A stretch of 64,000 bases of DNA, from assembly GCA_947623825.1 (NCBI GenBank), contig CANQHQ010000001.1:17736-81735 (forward strand), read 5' to 3'. Below, piece after piece: positions 8,772 through 18,316 of this stretch. The notes beneath the pieces are model-generated. The model worked only from the letters and a program-made list of their open reading frames with translations, was not told the DNA's origin and searched no databases. This stretch comes from an uncultured Bacilli bacterium (GTDB taxonomy: Bacteria; Bacillota_I; Bacilli_A; RF39; UBA660). A program made the translations under genes and the position numbers. Positions within the stretch are counted from its first letter, which is position 1, and every line of letters begins with the position of its first letter.

Positions 8772-10256
8772 CTAAACTTTTTCATTTGGATTTGGATGAT
8801 TCATATACAATCCTTTTTTCAATTGTTTGTGTCCACCTACAGAGAATTTGGCTTTCGATTCTTCTTTTGGTTTAATTAAGTGGACATGGAACCGTTTTAA
8901 TGTGGCTCCTGATAAAGAAGGATCTCCAAAGCGAAGACATAAAGCCCCTCCTGAGATATCGTACTGAAGCGATAAATCTAACCATATATTTTGCAAATCG
9001 TTCCACATGGCATCCGTAATTTGTTCTTTTTGATATACAGGATAACGTGCGACGATTAAGAACTGCTCCTCGACTCCTTCGTAAGGAAACCGATTTTTGG
9101 AAATGTACCAGTAGTCTGTGACTCTCATAATCTCTTGGTCGATATATTTTGGATCTAATGGGTCTTTTCCTTGGGCTTCCATATCTAACATGATATCTAA
9201 TTGTTTTTGTTCTCGGGCGTTTGGTGGATAAATGTATTGATAAGCATTCATATCCCCTAGAATAGGACTGGTAGACTCTATCTTTTTCTTTTCTTCTAAT
9301 ATCGGAATCGTTTGAACTCCATGCTTTTCCGCAAGGGCGTGAGAACGTTTACTCCAATTTCTTTCTGGGTGATCTTCTAGATAATATACCTGTTTTACTC
9401 CCTTATCGATTAAGACTTTCATACATTCGTCACAAGGAAATAAGGTTGTCCAAATCGGAGTATCTAAGGTTTTCACTTCTCCTAATTTTTTTAATAGATT
9501 CATTTCTGCGTGTTCTGTCGTTGCGTAGTAGAGTTCGGTACGATTTTCTATGTCATATTTTGAAAGACTAAAATCGGTTTGATTGGTTCCAAAAAACCAA
9601 GTTCCATTCCAAAAACATCCGGCAGCGACAGGACATACCCAGTCAGTAGAATCTTCTAGATGATGAATTAACATAGGAATTGGTTCAGGCATCTCTTCCT
9701 GGTGACCGATTCTTTTACACATCTCTATCACGGCTTGTTTTACTTTTTCACTGACTTCTTTAAATTTTTTTCCTTTTCCGGAAATCATAATTTTTCGAAT
9801 TTTATCAGAGGTAGATGTCTCTGACTGTCTTGGTAAAATCGCCACTCTACCACAAATTTCTTCTAGTTTTTTTATGTCTTCATCAGAATAATTATCCTTA
9901 ATGGCAACCAAAACATCGGGTCTCACTAATCGAATGAGTCCCCATTTTGGTTCGTCTACTTCTTTCACGACGACACTATTGGCAATATTTAATAACTTGA
10001 TAAATTCATAGCGCTCTTCTTCGGGGATAATCGGTCGTGTTTCCCCTTTTCTCTTTCTGATTTTTTCATCACTATCCATCGCTACAATCAAATAGTCGCA
10101 TAATTTTCTCGCTTCCAAAATATAGCGAAGATGACCAATATGAAATAAATCCCAGGAACCCTGAACCAAACCAATGGTTTTTTCTTCCCTTCTTGCCTTT
10201 TCCAACTCTTTCAAGAAGTCTTCTTTCATTTTTTGTTGTTCTTCTTTTGCGATCAT
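8772..10256 (-). CDS. three-domain fusion of a TagD/RfaE-II-like cytidylyltransferase, a dCMP-deaminase-like zinc deaminase and a HIT-like domain
   Basis: Residues 26-150 carry GSWDLFHIGHLRYILEARKLCDYLIVAMDSDE (HxGH nucleotidyltransferase motif). This is collinear with TagD [34 protein letters not shown]. Residues about 200-330 carry HAEMN ... PCDECMKVLIDKGVKQVYY (CDA/dCMP deaminase zinc motifs). The C-terminus carries ...SGATLKRFHVHLIKP, which aligns to the Hint QSVYHVHLHVL histidine-triad region with the third His absent. The start codon lies 2 nt after the stop of the upstream ThyA-like gene. Confidence 0.7.
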   Translation of the reverse strand: MIAKEEQQKMKEDFLKELEKARREEKTIGLVQGSWDLFHIGHLRYILEARKLCDYLIVAMDSDEKIRKRKGETRPIIPEEERYEFIKLLNIANSVVVKEVDEPKWGLIRLVRPDVLVAIKDNYSDEDIKKLEEICGRVAILPRQSETSTSDKIRKIMISGKGKKFKEVSEKVKQAVIEMCKRIGHQEEMPEPIPMLIHHLEDSTDWVCPVAAGCFWNGTWFFGTNQTDFSLSKYDIENRTELYYATTEHAEMNLLKKLGEVKTLDTPIWTTLFPCDECMKVLIDKGVKQVYYLEDHPERNWSKRSHALAEKHGVQTIPILEEKKKIESTSPILGDMNAYQYIYPPNAREQKQLDIMLDMEAQGKDPLDPKYIDQEIMRVTDYWYISKNRFPYEGVEEQFLIVARYPVYQKEQITDAMWNDLQNIWLDLSLQYDISGGALCLRFGDPSLSGATLKRFHVHLIKPKEESKAKFSVGGHKQLKKGLYMNHPNPNEKV

Positions 10257-10258
10257 TT

Positions 10259-11176
10259 TTAAATACCTACGGGGATATCTTTGATTTTCTCGTGTGGATG
10301 ATAATCGCTGAGTTCAAAATCATCCTTACGATAATCCGAGATTCTTTCATGTTTTTTTACGAGTTTTAATGTTGGAAAAGGTCTACTTTCTCTCGATAAG
10401 ATTTCTTCTACCCAAGGCATTTGATCTTCATAAATATGGGCATCCGATATGAGATGGATAAATTCTTGTGGTTCTAAATCTAATACTTCGGACATCGCAA
10501 TGAGTAAGGCAGAATATTGAACCCAATTGGTTACACAACCGACTAGGACATCACAACTTCTCTGAAACATAACCATACTTAATTTTCCATTTAGAATTCG
10601 AAAATGCACCCATCCATGACAAGGCGCCACCACTACTTTTTGTTGATGGTCGATGTTTCGAATTGTGTACTGTGGAATCCATGGAGAAATAAAATGGGTT
10701 TTTAATTCTGGTCTTTCTTTCATTTGCTTCGTGATTTCTTCAAACTGATTGAATCCTTGTCCATCTACCGTAGGGAAATTGGCAAAAGCAGCACCATAAG
10801 AACCGGGTCCTAAATCTCCTGTTTCCAATCCTCTTTTGGCGCATTTTTTTTCGGTCACCCAAGCCTTCCACCAACGGCAACCAAACTCTTGTAATTCTTG
10901 TTGGGTTCTAGCACCATTAATGAAAGCACATAACTCTCCAATTCCCGCTTTCCAAAAACCAGAAATATCTCTTTCGGTGATAAAAGGAACCCCATTTTCT
11001 AATAAATTGAAACGAAGAGGAGTCGCTCCCATATAGTCGATGGTCCGTACTTCTTGCCCGTTTTTATCGACCATCGGAGAAGGTCCCCAAGTTCCCTTTT
11101 CTAGAATTTCTCGAATTAAATTTTTGTACTGTTCGTCCGGTGTTCGCTCTTCGTAAGGTGTATATTTGTTTTCCAT
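10259..11176 (-). CDS. thymidylate synthase (ThyA) family protein, divergent and 305 aa long
   Basis: Collinear with E. coli ThyA across its length. Shared motifs are RFNL, GDLGP, APCHGWVHF (catalytic PCH Cys), FQRSCDV, SDAHIY and C-terminal RPFPTLKL ... DYHPH. The folate-binding region between the RFNL and GDLGP motifs is replaced and lengthened. Confidence 0.8.
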   Translation of the reverse strand: MENKYTPYEERTPDEQYKNLIREILEKGTWGPSPMVDKNGQEVRTIDYMGATPLRFNLLENGVPFITERDISGFWKAGIGELCAFINGARTQQELQEFGCRWWKAWVTEKKCAKRGLETGDLGPGSYGAAFANFPTVDGQGFNQFEEITKQMKERPELKTHFISPWIPQYTIRNIDHQQKVVVAPCHGWVHFRILNGKLSMVMFQRSCDVLVGCVTNWVQYSALLIAMSEVLDLEPQEFIHLISDAHIYEDQMPWVEEILSRESRPFPTLKLVKKHERISDYRKDDFELSDYHPHEKIKDIPVGI

Positions 11177-11271
11177 AAAAGCCTCCTATTTTATACTTAC
11201 TTTTGTGTTTCTTTCACTCTAACTACCCGTTATTTTAACAGTGTAATTAGGAAAAAACAATTTTGAAACTC

Positions 11272-11811
11272 CTATTCATTTACTTCAAAGTAGTGATTAA
11301 TCGAAGAAAAGTTGTTTACTTTTTTAATCAATTCCTCTTCTTCCCGTAGTTCATTCATATTGACATTTGTTATTTTTTCTACATGTCTTGCCACGTAATC
11401 GAAACTTCCGATTACCAATTTTTCTCCATAGTCAATGGCTGCATAAGTGTTGGTTTGATAAGTTTCTTGATTGGCTTCTTTCTTTACTTCGCGAAAAGAA
11501 TCGATGGAATGAAACCCCGATAGATTTCGTATCGTATTCGAACAGAGTTGATAACAATAGTTAGAATCATCCGTATAGCGTATCGTTTTTAGGGAAAACA
11601 GGCTGTTTTCTTTGTTGACATAGGCATCCATTTCCTCGCACATCTCTTCGGAACTTCTCAATCCTTTTAAAATGTTTAAGAGATTGCTTAAATTTTCTGA
11701 CATACATTTTAAAAAATAGTTTTTTCCGTCAAAATAGACCGGAGAAACAAGGATGGGTCTTTTTCCTATGAGAACGCCCGAGAAGTCATAGATTCCAACC
11801 AATTTTTTCAT
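11272..11811 (-). CDS. hypothetical protein (179 aa), first gene of the ThyA-like / fusion operon
   Basis: Same strand. A 95-nt gap separates it from the ThyA-like gene. No motif recognised. Confidence 0.45.
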   Translation of the reverse strand: MKKLVGIYDFSGVLIGKRPILVSPVYFDGKNYFLKCMSENLSNLLNILKGLRSSEEMCEEMDAYVNKENSLFSLKTIRYTDDSNYCYQLCSNTIRNLSGFHSIDSFREVKKEANQETYQTNTYAAIDYGEKLVIGSFDYVARHVEKITNVNMNELREEEELIKKVNNFSSINHYFEVNE

Positions 11812-11943
11812 TTTATCACACCCTTGCTTTCTATCCTAACACAGCCCTTTTAAAGGACACAAGAAAAAGACACTTTTTGACATCGTGTCTTTCCTCATCG
11901 AACGAAAGTAGACTGAAATTTGACGTATGTTTGTTTGTGTCTT

Positions 11944-13170
11944 CTACTTCGTAATTTTTTTTGCTCCTTTGATTCCCTTGACTCCATTCATTTCAGAGAA
12001 TCCTTTTAAGATATTGGATTCAAAAGAATGAACTTTTTCTGTTCGTTTCTTGTAATCTTTAATCCCAATATTAATCATGTCATCTAATAACTCTGAGTAA
12101 TCTTTTCCAATCGGAGACCATAGATAGAAGGAAAGAGATCCTGGGATATTATTGACTTCATTGATGTATACTTTCTTGTTCTCTTTATCAATTAAGAAAT
12201 CAATTCGTACGACTCCCGAAGATTTCAAGGTCTTAAATGCTTTTACGGCGATTTCTTCCACTTCTTCGCGTAAGTTATCTTCTATTTTTGCAGGAACCAC
12301 TCTCGATGCGCTTGCCATTCCTTTACTGGTTCCTTTATATTTTGCTCCTCTTAGTTTTCCTTTGCTTTTTCCATTCCCAATGTATTTGTCTGCATAGGTT
12401 AAAAAAGCGTTTTTCGGAGTTACTTCTTCGATGGCACTGACTTGTTGATTTTCGTAATTTCCTAATACACTAATATTTACTTCCATTAGGTTTTCGACGA
12501 CTTTTTCTACGACGACACGACTGTCATAGGTCACGGCATTTTCTAATCCCTGAATTAATTCTTCTCGATCATGTGCCACGGAAATTCCTACACTACTACC
12601 TAAGGTACATGGCTTGATAATTACTGGGTATTTTAATTTTTCTATTTTCGCGATTACTTCATCGGGATTTTCTTCATAATCTACATCATAAAACCAAGTA
12701 TAAGGAGAAACAGGAATCTTTTCTTGTTCAAAAATCTGTTTCATGAAGATTTTATCCTGTCCTACCACGGCGGCATATACATCGACCCCTACAAATGGAA
12801 TACCAATGGATTGAAGGTATCCTTGTAGTACTCCATCTTCCACATTGGTTCCATGCACAATCGGAAAAGCCATATCTATTTCCGCTACAATCTTACGGAA
12901 TATTCCTTTCTTATTTTCAAGGACAAATTTATCTTTTTTCGCATAGAGAACCACATTTTTACAATATCTTTTGATGAGATCCATATCTTGAAATGTTTCG
13001 ATATCTTTTAATGCTTCTCCTGTATACCATTCTCTATCTTTGGTAATATAGATAGGAATAATCTCGTATTTCTCTCCATCCATTTTATTCATTGCTTGTA
13101 CGGCAGAGATAATGCTCACCTCATGTTCTACACTTTCTCCACCGAAAATTACACCAATTCTAATTTTCAT
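11944..13170 (-). CDS. ddl: D-alanine--D-alanine ligase (ATP-grasp)
   Basis: N-terminal KIRIGVIFGGESVEHEVSIISAVQ is typical of Ddl. It has an ATP-grasp architecture and sits directly downstream of a MurF-like gene. Confidence 0.8.
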   Translation of the reverse strand: MKIRIGVIFGGESVEHEVSIISAVQAMNKMDGEKYEIIPIYITKDREWYTGEALKDIETFQDMDLIKRYCKNVVLYAKKDKFVLENKKGIFRKIVAEIDMAFPIVHGTNVEDGVLQGYLQSIGIPFVGVDVYAAVVGQDKIFMKQIFEQEKIPVSPYTWFYDVDYEENPDEVIAKIEKLKYPVIIKPCTLGSSVGISVAHDREELIQGLENAVTYDSRVVVEKVVENLMEVNISVLGNYENQQVSAIEEVTPKNAFLTYADKYIGNGKSKGKLRGAKYKGTSKGMASASRVVPAKIEDNLREEVEEIAVKAFKTLKSSGVVRIDFLIDKENKKVYINEVNNIPGSLSFYLWSPIGKDYSELLDDMINIGIKDYKKRTEKVHSFESNILKGFSEMNGVKGIKGAKKITK

Positions 13171-13180
13171 TCTTTCACTC

Positions 13181-14764
13181 CTAATCTTTTAAATCGTCAT
13201 CACTTTCAAAAAGCGCATAGATTTTCTTTTTTGTTTCCATTTGTTGTAATAAAGTATATGCGTCGGCTACTTCGTTTACGATATAGATTTTTTCTTTTTC
13301 AAAGCCACTTTCTATTAGACCTTGAAAAACCGACTTTGTACTCTTTTCATTTATCAGTATAACATAATTTGCAACTTTTGCTACCTGTGTTCCAAAAATA
13401 TTGTTTAACTCTTCTGTCTTTTCCCCTAGATTTTGCATTCCGGTGGTGATCACAACTTTGATTCCTGGCATGAGTTCTAATACATCTAAGGCATCTTTCG
13501 CTCCTAGAGGATTGGAACGATGGGTATTGTTCATTTGATACATATAACCAAAATCATGCATATCTAAATGATTTTCTAACGGACGTAAATCCTCGATCAC
13601 AGGAAGAATTTCTTCTACTTCAAGCCCTAAAATCCGGGCCAAAGCGATGACCGATAGAATATGATAAATGTTATGTTTTCCTAATAATTTCGTTCTTACT
13701 TTGTATTTTTGATTGGTATCTTTTTCCCAAACAGAGAAAGAAGTTCCTTCTCTACTATATTGAATTTCCTGCGCTAGATAATCCGCTGGTTGTTCTAGAG
13801 AAATCCAAATTTTTTGACAAGCGATTTCTCCTGGATACTCTACCTGTTCCCAATCATCTTTATTGAGAATAGCCACTCCTTCTTTTGGAAGAGATTCGAT
13901 TAATTCAAACAAAGCATTGACCGTGTTGTCTTTGGTTCCAAAAGAAGTAATTTGGTTAATTTCAATGGTTGTTAAAATGGCAAATTGGGGATGAATTAAA
14001 TCACAAATACTTTGAACAACACCTGGTTTATAGGCACCCATCTCCGCAATCAAAAGTTCTTCTTCGGGATCTAGATAACTGTTTACGGAAGAGACCATTC
14101 CATGTAAAGTATTGACATTTTTTGGCGTCGATTGACAGATATACTTTTTCTTTAGAACTTCCTCTAAAATGTATTTTGTACTTGTTTTTCCATAAGTACC
14201 TGTGATTCCTACCACTTTTAAGTCCTTCATTTTTTCAAGTTTTACTTGGGCTTTTTGCCATTCGTATCTTTCAATTGTTCTTTCTACTGGTCGATTGAGA
14301 CGATAACAAAACCAAACTATGAAATAGTTAAAATACGTGATGATGGTTTCCAAAGTCAACCATAAATATCCATCTTTATAATCCGTTATGTAAATCATGA
14401 TGGGGAGAAAATAACAAAGGGCAATCGTACCAATCAACCTTTTCATTTTTTTCGTTAAAATCAATTTCTTTGGTTGATATTCTTTATATAAAGAGGTAAT
14501 TCGTAATAATTCAAAAAAACAACCGATATCTCCTAGTATGACAAGGAAAACAGAAATTTCATCTTCGAGAAAATAAGCTAGTAGAAAGAGAAAAAATGAA
14601 AAAAACTCTAGGGAAAAGAAAACGATTCTTTTATTTTCTTTTATCCATATAAAATATTTTCCATCTTCGTTGTAAACTTTTTTCTGAAACATTTCTAACA
14701 TAAATTCTGTTTTAACGATTACGAGAAAAACAACACAAATAAGGGATAAGATTACTAAATACAT
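13181..14764 (-). CDS. Mur ligase family protein (MurF-like) fused to an N-terminal polytopic membrane domain of about 170 aa
   Basis: Mur ligase P-loop VVGITGTYGKTSTKYILEEVL with central and C-terminal Mur ligase domains, next to ddl. Residues 1-170 contain several hydrophobic helices. Only a 12-nt gap separates it from the upstream hydrolase gene, which supports the long ORF. Confidence 0.65.
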   Translation of the reverse strand: MYLVILSLICVVFLVIVKTEFMLEMFQKKVYNEDGKYFIWIKENKRIVFFSLEFFSFFLFLLAYFLEDEISVFLVILGDIGCFFELLRITSLYKEYQPKKLILTKKMKRLIGTIALCYFLPIMIYITDYKDGYLWLTLETIITYFNYFIVWFCYRLNRPVERTIERYEWQKAQVKLEKMKDLKVVGITGTYGKTSTKYILEEVLKKKYICQSTPKNVNTLHGMVSSVNSYLDPEEELLIAEMGAYKPGVVQSICDLIHPQFAILTTIEINQITSFGTKDNTVNALFELIESLPKEGVAILNKDDWEQVEYPGEIACQKIWISLEQPADYLAQEIQYSREGTSFSVWEKDTNQKYKVRTKLLGKHNIYHILSVIALARILGLEVEEILPVIEDLRPLENHLDMHDFGYMYQMNNTHRSNPLGAKDALDVLELMPGIKVVITTGMQNLGEKTEELNNIFGTQVAKVANYVILINEKSTKSVFQGLIESGFEKEKIYIVNEVADAYTLLQQMETKKKIYALFESDDDLKD

Positions 14765-14776
14765 AGGTCCCTCCGA

Positions 14777-15493
14777 TTAAATAAAATTTTTAAGGATGGC
14801 AACTACCTGTGGTAAGGCTTCTAAATAAGCATAATGGGTATATCCTTCCAATTCAATGAGTGCCCCATCTTTTAATAATTTTTCTAATTTTTTGGCGTCT
14901 TCGATAGGAGCGGCTTCATCTAACGTTCCCCAAATCAAGAGTGTCGGACATTCGATTTTTTGGGCATATTCTGACAAATCTTGATTGACTACTCGAACTA
15001 AAATATTTCTCATCATGGGAGTTGCTTGGCGGTAATCGGTCGATCCGATATATTTTTTGGCATACTCTCCTATTTTTTTCATACCGGGTAATTTCTTCAC
15101 TGATTTAAAAACAGATTCTTTGAAAGATTTCCGGTCGCTTCTCACACAAGGACTCCCGAATAACACCAACTTCTCTACTGGATTTTTCGCCGCATAACCG
15201 ATGGCTACCCGTCCTCCAAAAGAATGTCCCATCACGATTGGCTTTTTAATTTTTAATTGATCTAACAATTCTTCTAATACGGTCACATAATCTTCGATTG
15301 CCCATACTTCTGTTGGTTCTTCAGAATCACCAAAACCCGGAAAATCAAGAATGGTTGTCCGGTAATTGGGTAATTCGTTCGCTAGAGGAACCATCATCGC
15401 TATATTTTGACCCCATCCGTGAAGTAATACTATATCGTTTCCTTCGCCATATTGTTCATAATGAATTGATAATCCTTTGATCTTTGCTTCCAT
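14777..15493 (-). CDS. alpha/beta-fold hydrolase
   Basis: GHSFGG nucleophile-elbow motif and HGWG oxyanion region. Confidence 0.7.
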   Translation of the reverse strand: MEAKIKGLSIHYEQYGEGNDIVLLHGWGQNIAMMVPLANELPNYRTTILDFPGFGDSEEPTEVWAIEDYVTVLEELLDQLKIKKPIVMGHSFGGRVAIGYAAKNPVEKLVLFGSPCVRSDRKSFKESVFKSVKKLPGMKKIGEYAKKYIGSTDYRQATPMMRNILVRVVNQDLSEYAQKIECPTLLIWGTLDEAAPIEDAKKLEKLLKDGALIELEGYTHYAYLEALPQVVAILKNFI

Positions 15494-15554
15494 AGTTTCA
15501 CCAAGTTCATTATATCATTTCTCTTTCCTTTCAAACAAATAGATTCCGTTTTCT

Positions 15555-16094
15555 TTACTCTTTTTGTCTTGTTTTTTTGTTATTTTCTTCCTTTATGTAA
15601 ATCGTTTGATACTGTCTTTCTATTTTTCCTTCTAATTCTAAAAGATAAAGATAGTATTCTATCTGTGAAAATCTTACTTTTTTTGTTCCCTGACTTCCTT
15701 TTTCGGCACACGAAGTTAGGAAGGAATAGAGAACGTTTTCCGGTGGCTCTTTTCTTTGATACGGTTTTTTTCTTTCTTCGAAGTATTCTATCGCCCAACG
15801 AGTACTACATTTTTCAATTGCGTAGCGAAAAAGACTATTTCCTTCTAGAAAATGATGGTGGAAATAACTGAGATAGGCTTGTAAATCTAGGCTTTCTTTT
15901 AGTTCTTCTTTCATTTTTTGTTGTTCTTCTTCGGAAAGGTGATATCTACATGCATCGATCAGTTCTTGCTTTTTTTCCATTTCGATGGGAAATGTTTTTT
16001 TTCTCTTTTCTTCCTGGGTTGCCAAATCCAATTCTTTATAAATTCCAATTTCGTACTTTTTTCTGATTCTTTCAAATTTTTTTTCGAGATCCAT
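15555..16094 (-). CDS. hypothetical protein (179 aa)
   Basis: ORF only. Confidence 0.4.
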   Translation of the reverse strand: MDLEKKFERIRKKYEIGIYKELDLATQEEKRKKTFPIEMEKKQELIDACRYHLSEEEQQKMKEELKESLDLQAYLSYFHHHFLEGNSLFRYAIEKCSTRWAIEYFEERKKPYQRKEPPENVLYSFLTSCAEKGSQGTKKVRFSQIEYYLYLLELEGKIERQYQTIYIKEENNKKTRQKE

Positions 16095-16181
16095 ACTATC
16101 ACCAAATTCAACTTATCATTTCTTTTCTTATCGGTCAATTTCAATTCAAAAAAATGTAAAAAAAGCAGGAACTTCCTGCTT

Positions 16182-16940
16182 TCATATTTGGTTTAAAATT
16201 TCTCTAAATCGTCTTTCTTTTTCGGAATCTTTGGAAGAGTCGATCCATGTAACGACTCCTTCTCTTTCCTCTTGCACTAGATTCTTCTCTTTTAGTCTAC
16301 GTTCTAATTCTTTGGCAATTCCTTCTCCTCCATCGAAGAATGTCACAGGTCCCAGTTCTCGCCGAATTGCTTCTTTGATGAGGGGATAATGGGTACAACC
16401 TAATACAACGTTTTCTATTTTTCTTTCTTTATAAGGACTTAGATATTGCGTTAATAGTTTTTCTTGTTCTTCTTTCTGATTATCTTCGATGGCTTTCGCG
16501 AGGAAAGGACATTCTTGAAGATAAGTTCGGTGATTGTCATATTTGTGAAACAGGTTTTGAAATCTTTCACTTTCTAACGTACCTGGTGTTGCCATGACTA
16601 AGGTGTTTTTCTCTCTAGCGAAATCATGAACCATTTTATAGGCTGGTTCAATTCCTATGAAAATGAAATCTGGATATTGTTTTCTTATTTCGTCAATGGC
16701 TAAAGCGGTCGCCGTATTACAGGCAAAAACAATGGCTTTACATCCTTGTTTCATCAAAAAAGAAACAATTTCACTGACATACTCTAATACTTCTTTCTGG
16801 CTTTTTTCTCCGTAAGGATTATGCCTCGAATCACTATAATAAATATAATCCTCTTGTGGTAATCGTTTCCTTATTTCTTTTAGAACCGTAATTCCACCAA
16901 TTCCAGAGTCCAATATCCCAATTGGATGATTTTTCAACAT
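16182..16940 (-). CDS. murI: glutamate racemase
   Basis: IGILDSGIGGITV, FACNTATA and GCTHYP are motifs of the Asp/Glu racemase family. Confidence 0.85.
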   Translation of the reverse strand: MLKNHPIGILDSGIGGITVLKEIRKRLPQEDYIYYSDSRHNPYGEKSQKEVLEYVSEIVSFLMKQGCKAIVFACNTATALAIDEIRKQYPDFIFIGIEPAYKMVHDFAREKNTLVMATPGTLESERFQNLFHKYDNHRTYLQECPFLAKAIEDNQKEEQEKLLTQYLSPYKERKIENVVLGCTHYPLIKEAIRRELGPVTFFDGGEGIAKELERRLKEKNLVQEEREGVVTWIDSSKDSEKERRFREILNQI

Positions 16941-16957
16941 ACCCCTTCTTTCTTTTT

Positions 16958-17962
16958 TTACTCACTCCACAACTGTTTTTTTGTCTTTGCTTCTTCTTTC
17001 TCTTCTTCGGGTTCTTCCTGTACCATCGCATCTTCCAAAATACAAGAAACATAATCGTCAAGATTTTCTAATTCTGGATGAAGACGATACCATGAAACAA
17101 TCCATTTTAAAGACTGTGGTAATTGAGCCATTTCTGTATAGAAAGAATCAAACGCCTTATTTCTTGTTTCTTCCCAATTCTCTACTGATAAATATTGACG
17201 ATTTAAAATAGAACGATCTTTCTCGTTTTCTAGGGAACAATAAAGAATCTGTCGATTTTCTTTTAAATTGATTTCTACTTCATAAGTAAGATTGGATGGC
17301 TTCCATAATTGAAGTGGTAATTCGATTGGTTCGTCCTTCTCTTGTTCTTCTGTTTTTTCGATTTGTTGAAAAATTTCTTGTTTTTGTTTCGCAATATATA
17401 AATCTTCAATGGCTTTCGTATTTTCTTTATAAAACTCCATAATGGATTTAGGAAGATCTTCAAACGATTTGGCTCCCTCACAGAATTTTACATTTTTTCC
17501 ATCCGTAACCGCATGAGGAAAGAATCCAATCGTATCTTTTCCATACGAAAAAGTTACTTTCTTTGGTGGACAAGTACGAATCATTTTTAACTCCATCCAC
17601 AAGTCACTTACAAAATCGACTCCTTCTAAGGAGAAATTAAAAATACCAAAATTCGTATGCTTTAAAATAGGTAATCCTGGATAAGCCTCCTTTACGGCAT
17701 GAAATTCTAGATGATTACGGGCAAATATTTGAAGATATTCTGATGAAAGAAGAACCGGTCTTTCACTGTAATATCTTTTTAAAAGTTCTCTTAGTTCTTT
17801 AAACGTAATTCCATCTGTCTTTTTGGTTTCCTTAAATTCTTCTAGTTGTTCTTCGGAAACATTTTTCATCTGATTCATGTAATCTAATTCTTTCTCTACT
17901 GTTTTCATAACTTTCCTCTTTTCTATTTTATTTTTTTCTTCTTTTTTTGTCACATTCAGCAA
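16958..17962 (-). CDS. hypothetical protein (334 aa)
   Basis: ORF only. Confidence 0.4.
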   Translation of the reverse strand: MLNVTKKEEKNKIEKRKVMKTVEKELDYMNQMKNVSEEQLEEFKETKKTDGITFKELRELLKRYYSERPVLLSSEYLQIFARNHLEFHAVKEAYPGLPILKHTNFGIFNFSLEGVDFVSDLWMELKMIRTCPPKKVTFSYGKDTIGFFPHAVTDGKNVKFCEGAKSFEDLPKSIMEFYKENTKAIEDLYIAKQKQEIFQQIEKTEEQEKDEPIELPLQLWKPSNLTYEVEINLKENRQILYCSLENEKDRSILNRQYLSVENWEETRNKAFDSFYTEMAQLPQSLKWIVSWYRLHPELENLDDYVSCILEDAMVQEEPEEEKEEAKTKKQLWSE

Positions 17963-18017
17963 GAAATTTTTTATTTTTTCTTTGATCTAGATGCTTGGTT
18001 TTAGAAGTCTTTTCCTT

Positions 18018-18275
18018 CTATCTATCCCTTTTTATGTCTTTTTTGCCCTTATTATAGCAAGTTCGTTTTATTTGCGCAAGAAAAAAAGAGAATTCCTTTT
18101 TATCTTGCATTCTCTTTTCCTTTTTTACTCTTCTTTCACAAATCCTTCTCCACATTTGTACCCAAGTTTTTCTATAGATTTTAAATAGTTTGTCCCTGTC
18201 GTGGTGTCTTTCTACTAATTTTATATCAAAGTAAGTGATTTCTAATTCTGTTTCATTTTGGTATAATCCCAACAC
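18018..18275 (-). CDS. small basic hypothetical protein (85 aa), GTG start
   Basis: ORF of the track. Weak RBS. It could be non-coding. Confidence 0.25.
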   Translation of the reverse strand: MLGLYQNETELEITYFDIKLVERHHDRDKLFKIYRKTWVQMWRRICERRVKKEKRMQDKKEFSFFLAQIKRTCYNKGKKDIKRDR

Positions 18276-18316
18276 TTTCTCTTCTTTGTTTTCGTTTTTC
18301 TCACTAAGGTACTTAT

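Noticed and set aside
16834-17061. 75-aa ORF spanning the murI start and the upstream gene end
   Set aside because: Overlaps two supported genes on the same strand in another frame.
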